Assembly: GCA_963845755.1 (NCBI GenBank)
Contig: CAWJTV010000019.1
Location: forward strand, 288,001-352,000
Source: an uncultured Planctomycetota bacterium
Lineage (GTDB): Bacteria > Planctomycetota > Planctomycetia > Isosphaerales > Isosphaeraceae
Length of the DNA: 64,000 nt
Direction: 5' to 3'
In this document: piece after piece, positions 10,832 to 21,266 of the stretch
Numbering within the stretch: the stretch's first letter is position 1
Layout: each line of letters opens with the position of its first letter
Program-made: the position numbers and the translations under genes
Notes under the pieces: generated by a model
Databases searched by the model: none
The model's input: only the letters and a program-made list of their open reading frames with translations
What the model was told of the DNA's origin: nothing

Positions 10832-12098
10832 TCAGCGGAACAATGGCGGATCGGCGCCGGGTTGTTTGAGGAACGTATCGAGGAGGGCGGTCAGCTCGGA
10901 GGCATTGGGGATCTCCTTGAACCGGAGGATCGGGCCCTGAAGTTCCTGGAGGGCCTCCTCGTCAACCTTGAGGCGGTCGGAGATCGCCAGGGCGAACCGC
11001 GGGGGACCGTACTGGGGCAGGAGCCGCAGGAGCCGCTCCAGGCTCGCCCGCTTCCAGAAGCCGACGACTTCGAGCAGCACGTCGGTGCCGGTGGGCTTGT
11101 GGACGAGCCGGTAGTCCGGGACCCAGACGCCCTCGCGACCTAGCTCGATCACGTCGGTAATCTCGGTGATCTCCCAGGCGGGCGCGACCTGTCGGAATCG
11201 CTCGACGAACGCGGCCAGCTCGGCCGGCGTGTAGGTCCCGGTGTCGGCCTGATGCGAGATCAGGCCGTCGGTCGCTTCCAGGTGGAAGCTTCGGGGCTCG
11301 CGCTTCGGGCCCCAGCGAAGCTCGGCGTCGAGGCGGAAGTCCGAGCAGTGCAAGAGCGCCGGCAGGAACCAGGCGACCTGGAGGCCGTACTTGGTGGTGG
11401 CGCTGAAGAGGCTCAAGGGGCCGTCGATCTGGAAGACGTAGCCATCGCGCATGCTCCCCTCGACCCGGTAGAGCAGCCGGTGGAACTTCAGTCGCCGGAA
11501 GAGCTGGCGATACCGCGGAGGACGCTCGTTGCGCACCTCGGCACGGACATGGACCGAGCGGAGCAGCACCGACTGGGCCAGCGCCACATTATAGCGATCG
11601 ATCAACCGCTGGGCCGTGATGTCCTCGAAGCTCAGCAAACGGTTCTCGTCGCGGAGGTCAGCGAAGAGCGCGCTGAGCACGGCATCCGGCTCGAGCTTCA
11701 ACTCGCCGGCCACCTCGCGCAGGACCTCATCGCGGTGAAACTCGGGCCGCAGGCCCGGTACGGATGTCGCCGGTGAGGAGCCGTCGGCGATACGCGGCCG
11801 CCGCCGAAAAGACCTTCTCGCGGACCTCGTCGGGCGGCACATCGGCCACGACCTCGAACTCGGCGCGGTCTTCCAGCACCTTGGCGAGCCCGCGTTGCAC
11901 CTGGGTCGCCTTGCCGCCGCCGCCGAAGAGCTCGTCCACCTCGCTCTCGATCTCGCCCCGAGTCATCCCCGTCCCTTCGCGGTAGAGCAACAGCAGGCTC
12001 TCGGCCGCCTCCAGCCAGCGCGCGGCCTCGCGGTCGATGTACAGCGGGACCACCCGCTGTTTCGAGATCTTCACCGAGACCAGGTCGCCTGTGAGCAT
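10832..12098 (-). CDS. DUF790 (Bax1-like) nuclease family protein (frameshifted)
   Basis: MLTGDLV.., LFADL, LIDRYNVALAQSVL, IDGPLSLF..TKYGLQ, VWVPDY..LLEVVGFW. Confidence 0.85.
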
Positions 12099-12135
12099 CG
12101 AACCCTACCTGACGCTACGGAGTCGCAGGGCAGAT

Positions 12136-12157
12136 GGTGCTCAAAGAGCACCCTACA
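12136..12157 (-). repeat. GTAG-foot REP-like hairpin
   Basis: TGTAGGGTGCTCTTTGAGCACC; near-identical unit at 57568-57589. Confidence 0.65.
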
Positions 12158-12187
12158 AGACTGGATCCAGATCACTTTGAAATCCAC
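12158..12187 (-). pseudogene. RelE/ParE-type toxin N-terminal stub
   Basis: GTG-DFKVIWIQ overlaps the antitoxin stop, then runs into the REP. Confidence 0.45.
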
Positions 12188-12357
12188 GTTTGAAGCTTCT
12201 TCTTTACCTCGTCGTGAGGGATCGTGCGACCCGCCTCAACGTCCTCCTGGCCCCGCCGAATCCCGGCGAGTATGGCGACTTCCTCAGCGATCTCTTCGAA
12301 GCTCGCCCGATCGGGGAGCTGACGGATCGCCTCAATTACGACTTCTTTGTCCGACAT
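12172..12357 (-). CDS. Small antitoxin-like protein
   Basis: 61 aa, IRQLPDRASFEEI..IRRGQEDVEAGRTIPHDEVKK typical of partners of RelE/ParE toxins. Confidence 0.7.
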   Translation of the reverse strand: MSDKEVVIEAIRQLPDRASFEEIAEEVAILAGIRRGQEDVEAGRTIPHDEVKKKLQTWISK

Positions 12358-12378
12358 GGCCGCATTTCCTGTAGGTTA

Positions 12379-12690
12379 GAGCGCTTAACGCTTGCGTTGC
12401 GCACGTCTCCGGCGAGAGCGATCGAGCCCCGCCCGAAGCCTGGGGGGACGTCCTGCGGCGGCCTGAAGGGCCGCAGGAACCCAGCCTGGGGTGAAACCCC
12501 AGGACTCGTGCGCCCTGCGCCCTTCTTGTGCACCCCGAAGGGGTGCCGGAAGAATCTCCTGCGGCCCTTCAGGCCGCCCGCGACGTGGGCGTGCCGTGGA
12601 CCCCGGGTTTCACCCGGGGCTGGGCTCCCGCGGCCCTTCAGGCCGCCGGAGATCGGCTGTCCTTGTGCGCAACCCATCTGTTAAGCGCTC
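12379..12690. mobile_element. MITE-like element carrying REP-type palindromes
   Basis: TA|GAGCGCTTAAC ... GTTAAGCGCTC|TA ends; internal ggcctgaagggccgc / gcggcccttcaggcc (twice) and cctggggtgaaaccccagg / ccccgggtttcacccgggg. Confidence 0.65.
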
Positions 12691-12735
12691 TAGAGTCGTG
12701 TCCATAGGGGATTGTACAGTGGTTTTCCAGCTTGC

Positions 12736-14149
12736 TCAATTCCTGCCATAGGCGTCGTGCTGTCGCCGTCGGTTGGAGGTGAACTCCTCGACGGTATCGC
12801 GGGTGATGACCTCGTAGAGGACGGCCTCCTTGTCGCCCGACTTGCGGAGGACGCGGCCCAGGCGCTGGACGTGCTCGCGGACTGAGCCCGACCCGGAGAG
12901 CACGACCGCGACGTTCGCCTCGGGCACGTTGACTCCTTCGTTGAGCACGCGCGAGGTGGCGACGATCGGATAGGTGCCGGCATTGAATTTTAGCAGGACA
13001 TCGCGGCGCTCCTTCGTCTTGGTCTGGTGGGTGATGACGGGGACCAGGAACTTGCGTGCGATGGTGTAAACGGTCGCGTTGTCGTCGGTAAAGATCAGCA
13101 CGCGGTCGCCGTTGTGACGCTCGAGCAGGCGGCCCAGGAGATTCAGCTTCGCGGGGGCGCCCAGGGCGAGCGCGCGCTGCTCGCGGTAGGAGCGGAACGC
13201 CTCGCGGCCCTCGGCGGATTGGTGGGCCACGTAGATGAACCGGCTCCAGCCATTAGGCCCTCTCATATCGATGCCCATGTCGCGCACAAAGCCGCGATAA
13301 ATCTCTCTCGCACGCTCGTAGCGCGGCTCGTTCCTCGTCGCTCAACTGGACATATAACGTCATCACGCGGTAGTCGGCCAGGTAGTGGCCGCGGAGCTGG
13401 GTGATCTCGCGGCGGTAGACGATCGGACCGATCAACTGATCGAGGTGCGTGTGTGCGTTGTCGGCGCGCTCGGGCGTCGCGGTCAATCCCAGGCGGAACG
13501 GGGCAATGGCGCAGGTCGCGGCATAGCCGTAGGTCGGGCCGGGGAGGTGGTGGCACTCGTCGAAGACGATGAAGCCGAACCGGTTGCCCAGGCGGTCCAT
13601 GTTCAGGTAGGCCGAATCGTAGGTCGTCACGGTCAAGGGGCGGATGTCGTAGTAACCGCCTCCCAGGAGGCCGACCTCGACGCCGAAGCTAAGCACCAGC
13701 TCGTCGTACCACTGGTTCATCAGGTCGATGGTCGGAGTGATGACCAGGGTGGGCCGGCCGGTCCGCTCGATGCACAGGTTGGCCAGGTGCGTCTTGCCGG
13801 TCCCGGTCGGCAGCACGACCACGCCCTGACCACCGGCCTCCCACCAGGCCTTCAGGCCCTCGACCTGATGCGGAAACGCATCCTTGGCCACCTTGAGCCG
13901 CCAGGGCGTCGGCTCGTACGCCCGCGCGGCGTCCTGGTAGGGGCGCTTCTGATGCCGCAAATGCTCGACGACCGGGCGATAGCAGATCGCCTGGGCCCGG
14001 AACTGACGAGTGCGGAAGTCGTACTTCACGCCCGGCAAGCCATGCTCGTCGTCCTCGCGCAGGCCCTCGACCACGAGCGTGCCCTCGTCGAAGGCCAGCC
14101 GCAAGGGCGGGTTCGCGTGGCCATTGGGTGACTCGCCGAGGGTGGTCAT
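12736..14149 (-). CDS. XPB/Rad25-like SF2 DEAD/DEAH helicase (frameshift near 13320)
   Basis: LPTGTGKT, FDECHHL, LGLTATPER, VLNEGVNVP, QRLGRVLR. Confidence 0.9.
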
Positions 14150-14754
14150 CAGCGCAGGTCTCCCGGGGAAGGCTTCGACTTCCGTACCTTCCGCCACTCG
14201 AACAACTCGGCGATCGGCAGGCGATAGCCGGGCAGCACGGGGTCACCCTCGAGAACCCCAGTGTCCGGTAGTCTCTTTGGTCGACGGCCGGGCCTATAAA
14301 CGTAAACCGTCAGTCGTACCGGGTCGATCAGCCAGCCGAGCGGGCAACCGTTGGATCTGGAGAAGACCAACTTCTCGTGGCACTTCTGGGCCGACTGATC
14401 GGGGGAGACGATCTCGATGTGGATATCCGGCGGCCACGGAGTCGGATCGAGAACTACGTTATCCTCGTCGGTCTCGATGTGCTCCTCCAGCAAGAAGACG
14501 ACATCGGGAATCATCGAGCGGCCGGCGAACGTGCAACGCAACTCCGGAAACGTCTCACCCAGGTTTCGCGGTTTGGAGTAAGCGTCAATATGAATCATGA
14601 GGTGCTTCTCGAGCAGGCCGTGTTTCTTCTGTGGAGACAATTTGGCCTCGATCCTCCCGTCGATGTACTCCAGGTACGGACGCTCGTCGATCTCCGGCAT
14701 GCGGAGGAACTCTTCGAGCGTGATCATCTTCTCGACCTGAGCCGGACTGGCCAT
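14149..14754 (-). CDS. Uma2 family endonuclease
   Basis: ITLEEFLRM..EYIDG, IPDVVF, PDIHIEIVSP, GWLIDP, VLPGYRL; TGATG overlap with the helicase. Confidence 0.9.
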   Translation of the reverse strand: MASPAQVEKMITLEEFLRMPEIDERPYLEYIDGRIEAKLSPQKKHGLLEKHLMIHIDAYSKPRNLGETFPELRCTFAGRSMIPDVVFLLEEHIETDEDNVVLDPTPWPPDIHIEIVSPDQSAQKCHEKLVFSRSNGCPLGWLIDPVRLTVYVYRPGRRPKRLPDTGVLEGDPVLPGYRLPIAELFEWRKVRKSKPSPGDLR

Positions 14755-14927
14755 CGCCGTACCCTTCCTCCCGCCGCGAATCGAACCGCCTGACACAATG
14801 TCCGGACCTGAAACCCTTGTACCCGATCTCCGCCGGCCGGAACATGCCGAACGAATTCCTTCCAGTGTACTCCAGTCTATCCGAAACGTTGAGACGAATC
14901 GGAGAGGCGACACGGCGTTGGAGCCGC

Positions 14928-15576
14928 TCACGATCGCCGCGGCTTCCGATTGTACGGGTTGCGTCGAGGCTGCGAGCGGGTGCGGGGCCGCGATGCGCCG
15001 GTCCGAAGCGATTGCAGGGCCATGCGTTCCGCGTCGGTCAGCTCGCGCCACTGGCCGGGGGCGAGGTCGCCGAGCGAGATGGTACCGATGGCGACGCGGA
15101 CCAGCCGCAAGGTGGGATGACCGACGGCGGCGGTCATGCGCCGGACCTGCCGGTTGCGCCCCTCGCGGATCGTCATCCTCAGCCAGAGCGGTCGGCACGT
15201 TCTTGCGGAACCGGATCGGCACCGAGCGTTCCGGCAATTCCGGCGGCTCGGCCAGCAGCTCGACCTCGGCCGGACGTGTCGGCCCATCGCTCAGGACGAG
15301 GCCCCGGCGCAGGGCCTCAAGGGCCCGATCATCGGGGACCCGCTCGACCTGGACGAGATAGGTCTTGGGATGCTCGAACCTCGGGTCGGTGAGGCGATGG
15401 GCGAGCACGCCGTCGTCGGTCAGGAGCAGCAGGCCCTCGCTGTCGCGGTCAAGCCGACCGACGGGATAGACCCCCGGGATCGGCACGAACGCCTTGAGCG
15501 TAGTCCGGCCCTCGGCGTCGCGGAACTGGCTCAGGACGTCGTAGGGCTTGAACAGGGCGATGGTGCGGGAAGGCAC
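14928..15576 (-). CDS. rluE: RsuA/RluE family pseudouridine synthase (frameshift near 15190)
   Basis: [49 protein letters not shown]. Confidence 0.8.
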
Positions 15577-15589
15577 GGTGAAGTCAATC

Positions 15590-16208
15590 TCAGGCGAAAA
15601 GCCGGGTCAACCAATCCAGCAACCCTTGCACGTGGGGGCCATCCGATTCAAAGTACCGCTTCGTGATGGCCTGGCCGAAGGGTGTTCCCGGATCGTCCTG
15701 CCAGGCGAGCCACGTATGAATCAACGCCTTGGTGAGATGGGATTCAATGAAACGGCGTTCTTCGACGGGAATCTCGCTCACACATCGCCTTGCTCGATCG
15801 AAGAGTCCATCGCCGTCCGGCACGAGGTAGCTCAAATAATCCTCCAACATTCCCGGTAGCGTGTTATCGGGCATGATCCAGATGCCGATTTTTGGCAGAT
15901 CCTCATGATCGACGATCGTTCCAGTGGGATCCGGGCTATCGGGTATGCCGGTGTATCCAGCCCGCTCCAAGGTCCCCTTGATCTGCCTCCAGCGGGCCTG
16001 GATGTCGGCGTCCGCATCCACGACGACACCAAAGCGTTCCAGATCCGTGCCGGGCTTCAGATGGACGGAAAGCCTCGCCAGAAGCTTCTCGAATCCCCCC
16101 TCATCCCGGATCGTGAACTGCGGCTCAAACTGATGGCGAGCAAGGAGGCCCAGCAGGACATGCTTGTCATCCGAATCCCTCGACGACGAGCAGGAGCCGA
16201 TCGGCCAT
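15590..16208 (-). CDS. DUF3226-like TOPRIM-type protein (frameshift near the start)
   Basis: LLLVVEG..DDKH, FGVVVDADAD, GIWIMPDNTLPGMLEDY, KALIHTWLAWQDDPG; TGATG overlap with the ATPase. Confidence 0.75.
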
Positions 16209-17397
16209 CAGCGGACCTCAATCTCACCTTCCACCGCGATTTCCAGCTCACGCTCATCGAACTCGCCAACGAGCGTACGGTCGCCTTTGCGGGCTAGCCG
16301 TACGAGAACCCCTTCCTCTTCGCTCTCGCGAGCAGCCTCCTCGAACGCCTTGATGCAGTCGTAGCTGTGGGTCGTCGCGAAGACCTGGACATTAAGACGG
16401 GTCGCCATCTCGAAGACCAGCCGCCAGAGATCGGGCTGGACGGAGTAGTGAATGCCGTTCTCGATCTCATCGACGAGCAACAATCCGCCCTTGGCGTGGA
16501 CAAGAGCCAATGCGATGCCGAACAGACGATTGACGCCATCTCCCAATGCACGGAGCGGGATCGGCTCTTCGAAACCCTCGATTTTGACAAAGGGGATCCG
16601 GCTCGTAGCTACACCCGCAGAACTCATGCTTTCGACATCATCTCGGGAGGCTTTTATCGCCACTCGCTCGACTCCGGGCGATATGATGTGCAATCCTGCG
16701 ACGACGTCCTTCTCCAGAGGAGATAGGGAAACTCGGTCCCAGAGTTGGCCAACGAGCCCCAAACCTAGACCGTCGGGTCCGACTGAAGTGTGGGGAAGAT
16801 CACGGATCGAGGCTGTGGTAGATTCATTACCCGAGGTCGAGGTATTCCCCAAACCCAGATTTGTGGGAAACCCATGAAACATCTGGATCCCAACTGGGAA
16901 GGTCTTGACCGCCGATTCAATCCGAAATACCAGCAATGTGATAGTATGATAGGCATAAAAAGCTGGTATCTGAGAAGGTTTCCCTGGCATATTCGTATCA
17001 TTGGCATACGAGAATTCCCATCGCACGTTTTCTTCTCTTATCGTCACCTTGAGAGAATTCTCTGGTGAATTTGCAGGGCCTATCAAGATGCGCCTTCTTC
17101 CCCTTTGGACACCTGGCGTCCGAAGAAAAGACTACCGAGAGGAATTCGGCTCCCCGGATTTCGATTCCAGGCATCGATCTCGCCCCGAGAGATTTCGTTT
17201 CGACAAGCGAGGATCTCAAGAAGAACTTCGAGTGAGGAGGGGTTTGCGAATAACCTGAGCGCTTCCAGAATTGTTGACTTCCCGACATTATTCTTGCCGA
17301 CAATGAGGTTCACCCGCCCCAGGTGTCCGATCCGCAGCTCGCGGAAGCACCGGAACCGTTGAATCTCCAGCGAATTGAGGATCAGGTCTTTTGGCAT
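16208..17397 (-). CDS. ABC-type AAA ATPase (AAA_15/AAA_21-like), frameshifted
   Basis: LEIQRFRCF, VGKNNVGKSTILEA, LGDGVNR, LLVDEIENGIH, VFATTHS. Confidence 0.88.
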
Positions 17398-17549
17398 GAT
17401 CGGCATCTCCCTCCTCATCTATTCTACCGGTCGGCGTCCGTTCTTCCCAGATCCGATGCAACCGACCGTCACAAACTGAATTGTCGCCTTGGCTCGATAA
17501 GTGTCATCTGCGAGAATGGAACCATCGACGATTCCGCCAGGAGGTTCCT

Positions 17550-18114
17550 ATGTCCACCGCAATCGCTACCATCCCGATCCTCATGACCGCCGAGGAATAC
17601 GCCCGGCGGCCCCGATCCCGGTTATCTCGAGGAACTCGTCCGGGGAAGGATCGTGCCCATGTCACAGCCAAATCGACGTCATGGTCAGATCTGTGCCCAG
17701 GCGGTCTATCTGCTGCGAGGTTATCAGGAAAGCCATGACCTCGGCCATGTCCTGTGCAATGACGCGGCCGTGATCACCGAGCGCGATCCGGACACTGTTC
17801 GAGGCGCGGATGTCGCCTTCTACAGCTATCAACGGTTACCCAAGGGACCACTGCCGCAAAGCTATGGCCCGGAAGTGCCCGAGCTGGTCGTCGAGGTCCG
17901 GTCGCCGAGCGACCGTTGGCCGAAGGTCCTTTACAAGGTCGCCGAGTACCTCGAGGCCGGTGTGCTGGTCGTCATCGTGCTGGATGATGAGTCGCGGACG
18001 GCAGTTCTCTACTTCACCGATCGGGCGTCGGTCACCCTCAACAGCGACGACGAACTCACGGTCCCCGAGATCCTCCCCGGCTTTGCCGTCGTGGTGCGCC
18101 AGGTTTTCGAATAG
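17550..18114 (+). CDS. Uma2 family endonuclease (frameshift near 17620)
   Basis: MTAEEY, RHGQI, VRGADVAFY, PELVVEVRSPSD, ILPGF. Confidence 0.88.
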
Positions 18115-18129
18115 GCAACACAGCCCCGC

Positions 18130-19078
18130 TCAACTCCCCTCCGGCGTCTTGACGCGGAACTCGCGCAGGCCGAAGGTCAACGCACCGAGTACCGTGAAAA
18201 CCGCGCTGATGGACAGGAGCACGATGAGGCAGGTCGCGGCCGAGGGCGCGGTCGCAAGGTCGATCGACCAGTCAACGCCGGGCATGTCGAGCCATCGCAC
18301 GGCCAGGACCCGGATGTAATACATCACCGTCGCTTCCCGGACGACGAAGTCGATGTTGGCGAAAACCTCCTCGAACACGACGATGTAGATCGCGCCGAAG
18401 ACGAGAGTTCGCCGGACCAGGAGGCTCAGCCAGCCGAAGATCGACAGGTAGGCGGAGAGGCTCAGGGCCAGCAGGGCGGCGAGGATCGGCGCACGCGCCG
18501 TCAGCACCGTCTTAATCAGGCTCTCTTCCCCCCAGTAGAGGGTCGCGAGCGTCGCGATCGTGAACGCGACGGCCCGCATGCGCCGTGACCGCGAACGTGC
18601 CCAGGAGCTTGGCGAGATAAATCGCCCAGCGCGGGATCGGCCGGATCAGGAAATACGTCAGCGTCTGCTCCTCGATGTCGTCCTGGACCATGCCCGAGGC
18701 GAACAGGAGGGCCGAGATCGGCACCAGCGCCGAGACGATCAGGCCGAAGATCAAGTCGCCCTCGACCGACTCGGGCCGATAAGCGCCTGGAACTGCCGGG
18801 TCACCGCGGCGATGATGATCGGCAGGGAGAAGAGTAAGGCGATGATCACCAGGCGAATCCCTCGGCTCTGTCGCGCCGCCGTGATCCGCACGACCGTCAG
18901 GATCGCCGAAAGGCTGAGTCGTGCGCGACAGGGCGATCGGGGCGAACTCGGCCGGTGGTCGAATCCCCCCCTCCGAGCTCGCGTCGGGGAAGAGGTCATC
19001 GAGCCCCGCGCCGGCCCGGGCCGGCGCCGGTTCCGGCTGTGGCTCAGAATGAGGTGAGGACATCGGCGCGATCGTCAT
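18130..19078 (-). CDS. ABC-2 type exporter permease (frameshifted)
   Basis: DDIEEQTLTYFLIRPIPRWAIYLAK plus multiple TM helices. Confidence 0.8.
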
Positions 19079-20019
19079 GAATTCACCAGGTACTTGAAGA
19101 CGGCTTCCAGGTTATCGTCGTCGGAATACACTTCGTCGATCGGAGTGTCGGCCTCGAGCGCCAGGTGGACCAATCGCCCGTAGAATCGGTCCGGCAGGAG
19201 GGTCTCCACCACGATCGCGCCGTCGTGCCGCTTCAGCTCGACTCCGACGACATCATCGCAGCACACCAGCTTGGCGGCCAGCGCCCGGGCGCCCGGCGAC
19301 TTGAGCACGATCCGATGCGGGTGCTTGTCAATCAGGTCGCGGATCTGGCGCACGTCCCCCACGGCGACCAGCCGGCCGCGGTTCAACAGGACGAACGACC
19401 GTGTGAGTGCCTGGATCTCGTAGAAAACATGGCTGGACACCAGCACGGTGCGCCCCTGGCGACCCCAGTCGATGATGAGGTCCATCAGCTCGCGCCGGGC
19501 GACCGGGTCGGTGCCCGTCAGCGGCTCGTCGAGGAACAGGACCGGCGGGTCGTGCACCAGCGCCTGGGCCAGCTTGATCCGCTGCCGCATCCCCTTCGAA
19601 TAGCCGCGGATCGGCCGGCCGGCGTGCTCCGTCATCCGAACCCGTTCCAGCGCACGCTCGGCCGCCTCGCGCGCCCTGCGCCGACCCAGGCCGCCCAGGA
19701 GCGCGCAGGCCGTCAAGAACTCCCGGCCCGTCATCCACTCGAAGAACGCATCCTGCTCCGGGCAGAGCCCGATGTGGCGATTGAGACCCGGATGGTTCCA
19801 TGGCCGATGACCCAGGACTTGAACCTCACCCTGGCTGGGTCGGAGCTGGCCGGTCGCCAGTTGTAGCAGCGTGCTCTTCCCCGACCCGTTCGGGCCCAGC
19901 AGCCCCGTCACCCCCGCCGGCACCTGGAGCGACAGGTTGTTCAACCCGATCACCTCGCCATACCACTTCGATACCGAGCGGAATTCGATGATCGGCGCCA
20001 TGGAGTCCGACGCATTCAT
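19075..20019 (-). CDS. ABC transporter ATP-binding protein
   Basis: GPNGSGKST, YSKGMRQR, LFLDEP, VSSH. Confidence 0.92.
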   Translation of the reverse strand: MNASDSMAPIIEFRSVSKWYGEVIGLNNLSLQVPAGVTGLLGPNGSGKSTLLQLATGQLRPSQGEVQVLGHRPWNHPGLNRHIGLCPEQDAFFEWMTGREFLTACALLGGLGRRRAREAAERALERVRMTEHAGRPIRGYSKGMRQRIKLAQALVHDPPVLFLDEPLTGTDPVARRELMDLIIDWGRQGRTVLVSSHVFYEIQALTRSFVLLNRGRLVAVGDVRQIRDLIDKHPHRIVLKSPGARALAAKLVCCDDVVGVELKRHDGAIVVETLLPDRFYGRLVHLALEADTPIDEVYSDDDNLEAVFKYLVNS

Positions 20020-20023
20020 AGGA

Positions 20024-20155
20024 GACTCCAAATTCAAGATCCAGGATTCAAGATTCCAAACTCCGGATTCAAGGCCACGGTCGTCAAATCCTCCGGTCAC
20101 ATGTCACATAGTGTAAGCATCTTATTTTGAATATTGAATCGGGAATCTCGAATCG
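20024..20155. repeat. Inverted heptamer arrays (GATTCAA-type)
   Basis: 7 units at 20024-20072 and 4 oppositely oriented units at about 20125-20155. Confidence 0.65.
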
Positions 20156-20165
20156 CGGGGCCCTC

Positions 20166-21266
20166 TCAGCGGAGCCGATCGAGGCTGCGGATGCGCGTCA
20201 TGAGGACGGCAATGGAGGCGGCCGCCAAGGCCATGAGGACCCCGGCCGACCATTCCCAGGGGTAAGTGGCCGGCGCCAGCGGCGGCCGTCGTCTCCGGCT
20301 CGAGGTGAGTCGATCCGTCTCGTCGTCCGTCGCGGGAGCAATCGGGCGTGTTGGCGGCCCTCCTTGAATCCGAGGTCTTCGGCGCGGTCCGAACGGGCCG
20401 CTCATGAGGGTCTCGCGGGCCCGGCGCCCGCCTTCGAAGACGTTCGTGACCTTGTCCCACGCCGTCTCGGCGTCGAACAGGGCATCACGGACCCGGCGCA
20501 GGTTGTTGGTATAGGATACCAGAGGACACCATTCGGCCTTCACGGTCGCTTCCAGCACGCCAGCGGTGATGTTGCTGATGAGCCAGAATGCCATCCACAT
20601 GGCGCCGACGTATCGCGAATTACGCGACAGCGAGGAAAGGGCCAGCATGAAGAGGCCCGCCGAGGCGACGACGATGACGCCGAATGCCAGCGAGGCGAGC
20701 AAGAGCCGGGTTGTGTCGCGGATCACGGTCGGATCGAGGCTGAAGCCATAGCCCAGCGCGAACGCCAGGAGCGCCGGCACGATCGTCACCGCCGACAGGA
20801 ACACGGCGATCACGCCGAGCTTGCCGAGGAAGTACTCAATCCGCCGCAGCGGTCGCGAGAGATAGAGCGGGATGGCGTTGAAACGCAGGTCCTGGCTGAT
20901 CAGATCGGGACCGACCAGGAGCACGAGGATCATCGAGATCGAAAGCTGCACGTCGAAAAACAGGCGGAACGCCATGGTCCAGAGTGGGGTGCGATAGCCC
21001 CTCGGGCCGGCCTTGAGCTCGTCGGGTAGGCCCTGGATGAGGAACAGGAACGGCGTGAACAGCCGGGACCCTTGCTCGAACAGTCCCCAGATGGCCACGA
21101 GGCAGGTGAGCACCAGCGCGGGGCCGCAGGCCCCCAGCAAGATCCAGCGGACCCAACGGTTCTTGAGCTGGACGAGGACTCCATGGCGGGTGATCGGCAG
21201 CCAGCGCCGGGACTGGCCGGAGAGCGCGCCGTGCCAATGCTGGTATCCCTGGTCGAAGATGGGCAT
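20166..21266 (-). CDS. ABC-2 type exporter permease
   Basis: MPIFDQGYQHW, ISQDLRFNAIPLYLSRPL..YFLGKL, TM helices. Confidence 0.85.
   Translation of the reverse strand: MPIFDQGYQHWHGALSGQSRRWLPITRHGVLVQLKNRWVRWILLGACGPALVLTCLVAIWGLFEQGSRLFTPFLFLIQGLPDELKAGPRGYRTPLWTMAFRLFFDVQLSISMILVLLVGPDLISQDLRFNAIPLYLSRPLRRIEYFLGKLGVIAVFLSAVTIVPALLAFALGYGFSLDPTVIRDTTRLLLASLAFGVIVVASAGLFMLALSSLSRNSRYVGAMWMAFWLISNITAGVLEATVKAEWCPLVSYTNNLRRVRDALFDAETAWDKVTNVFEGGRRARETLMSGPFGPRRRPRIQGGPPTRPIAPATDDETDRLTSSRRRRPPLAPATYPWEWSAGVLMALAAASIAVLMTRIRSLDRLR

Noticed and set aside
14149..15576. 475-aa pseudouridine synthase-Uma2 fusion ORF
   Set aside because: Artefact of a frameshift near 15190; the synthase C-terminus is in another frame and Uma2 has its own RBS and ATG at 14754
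14149..18114. Uma2 genes as components of the ATPase/DUF3226 system
   Set aside because: Uma2 genes are abundant and scattered in planctomycetes; one is divergent and the other is separated by a housekeeping gene
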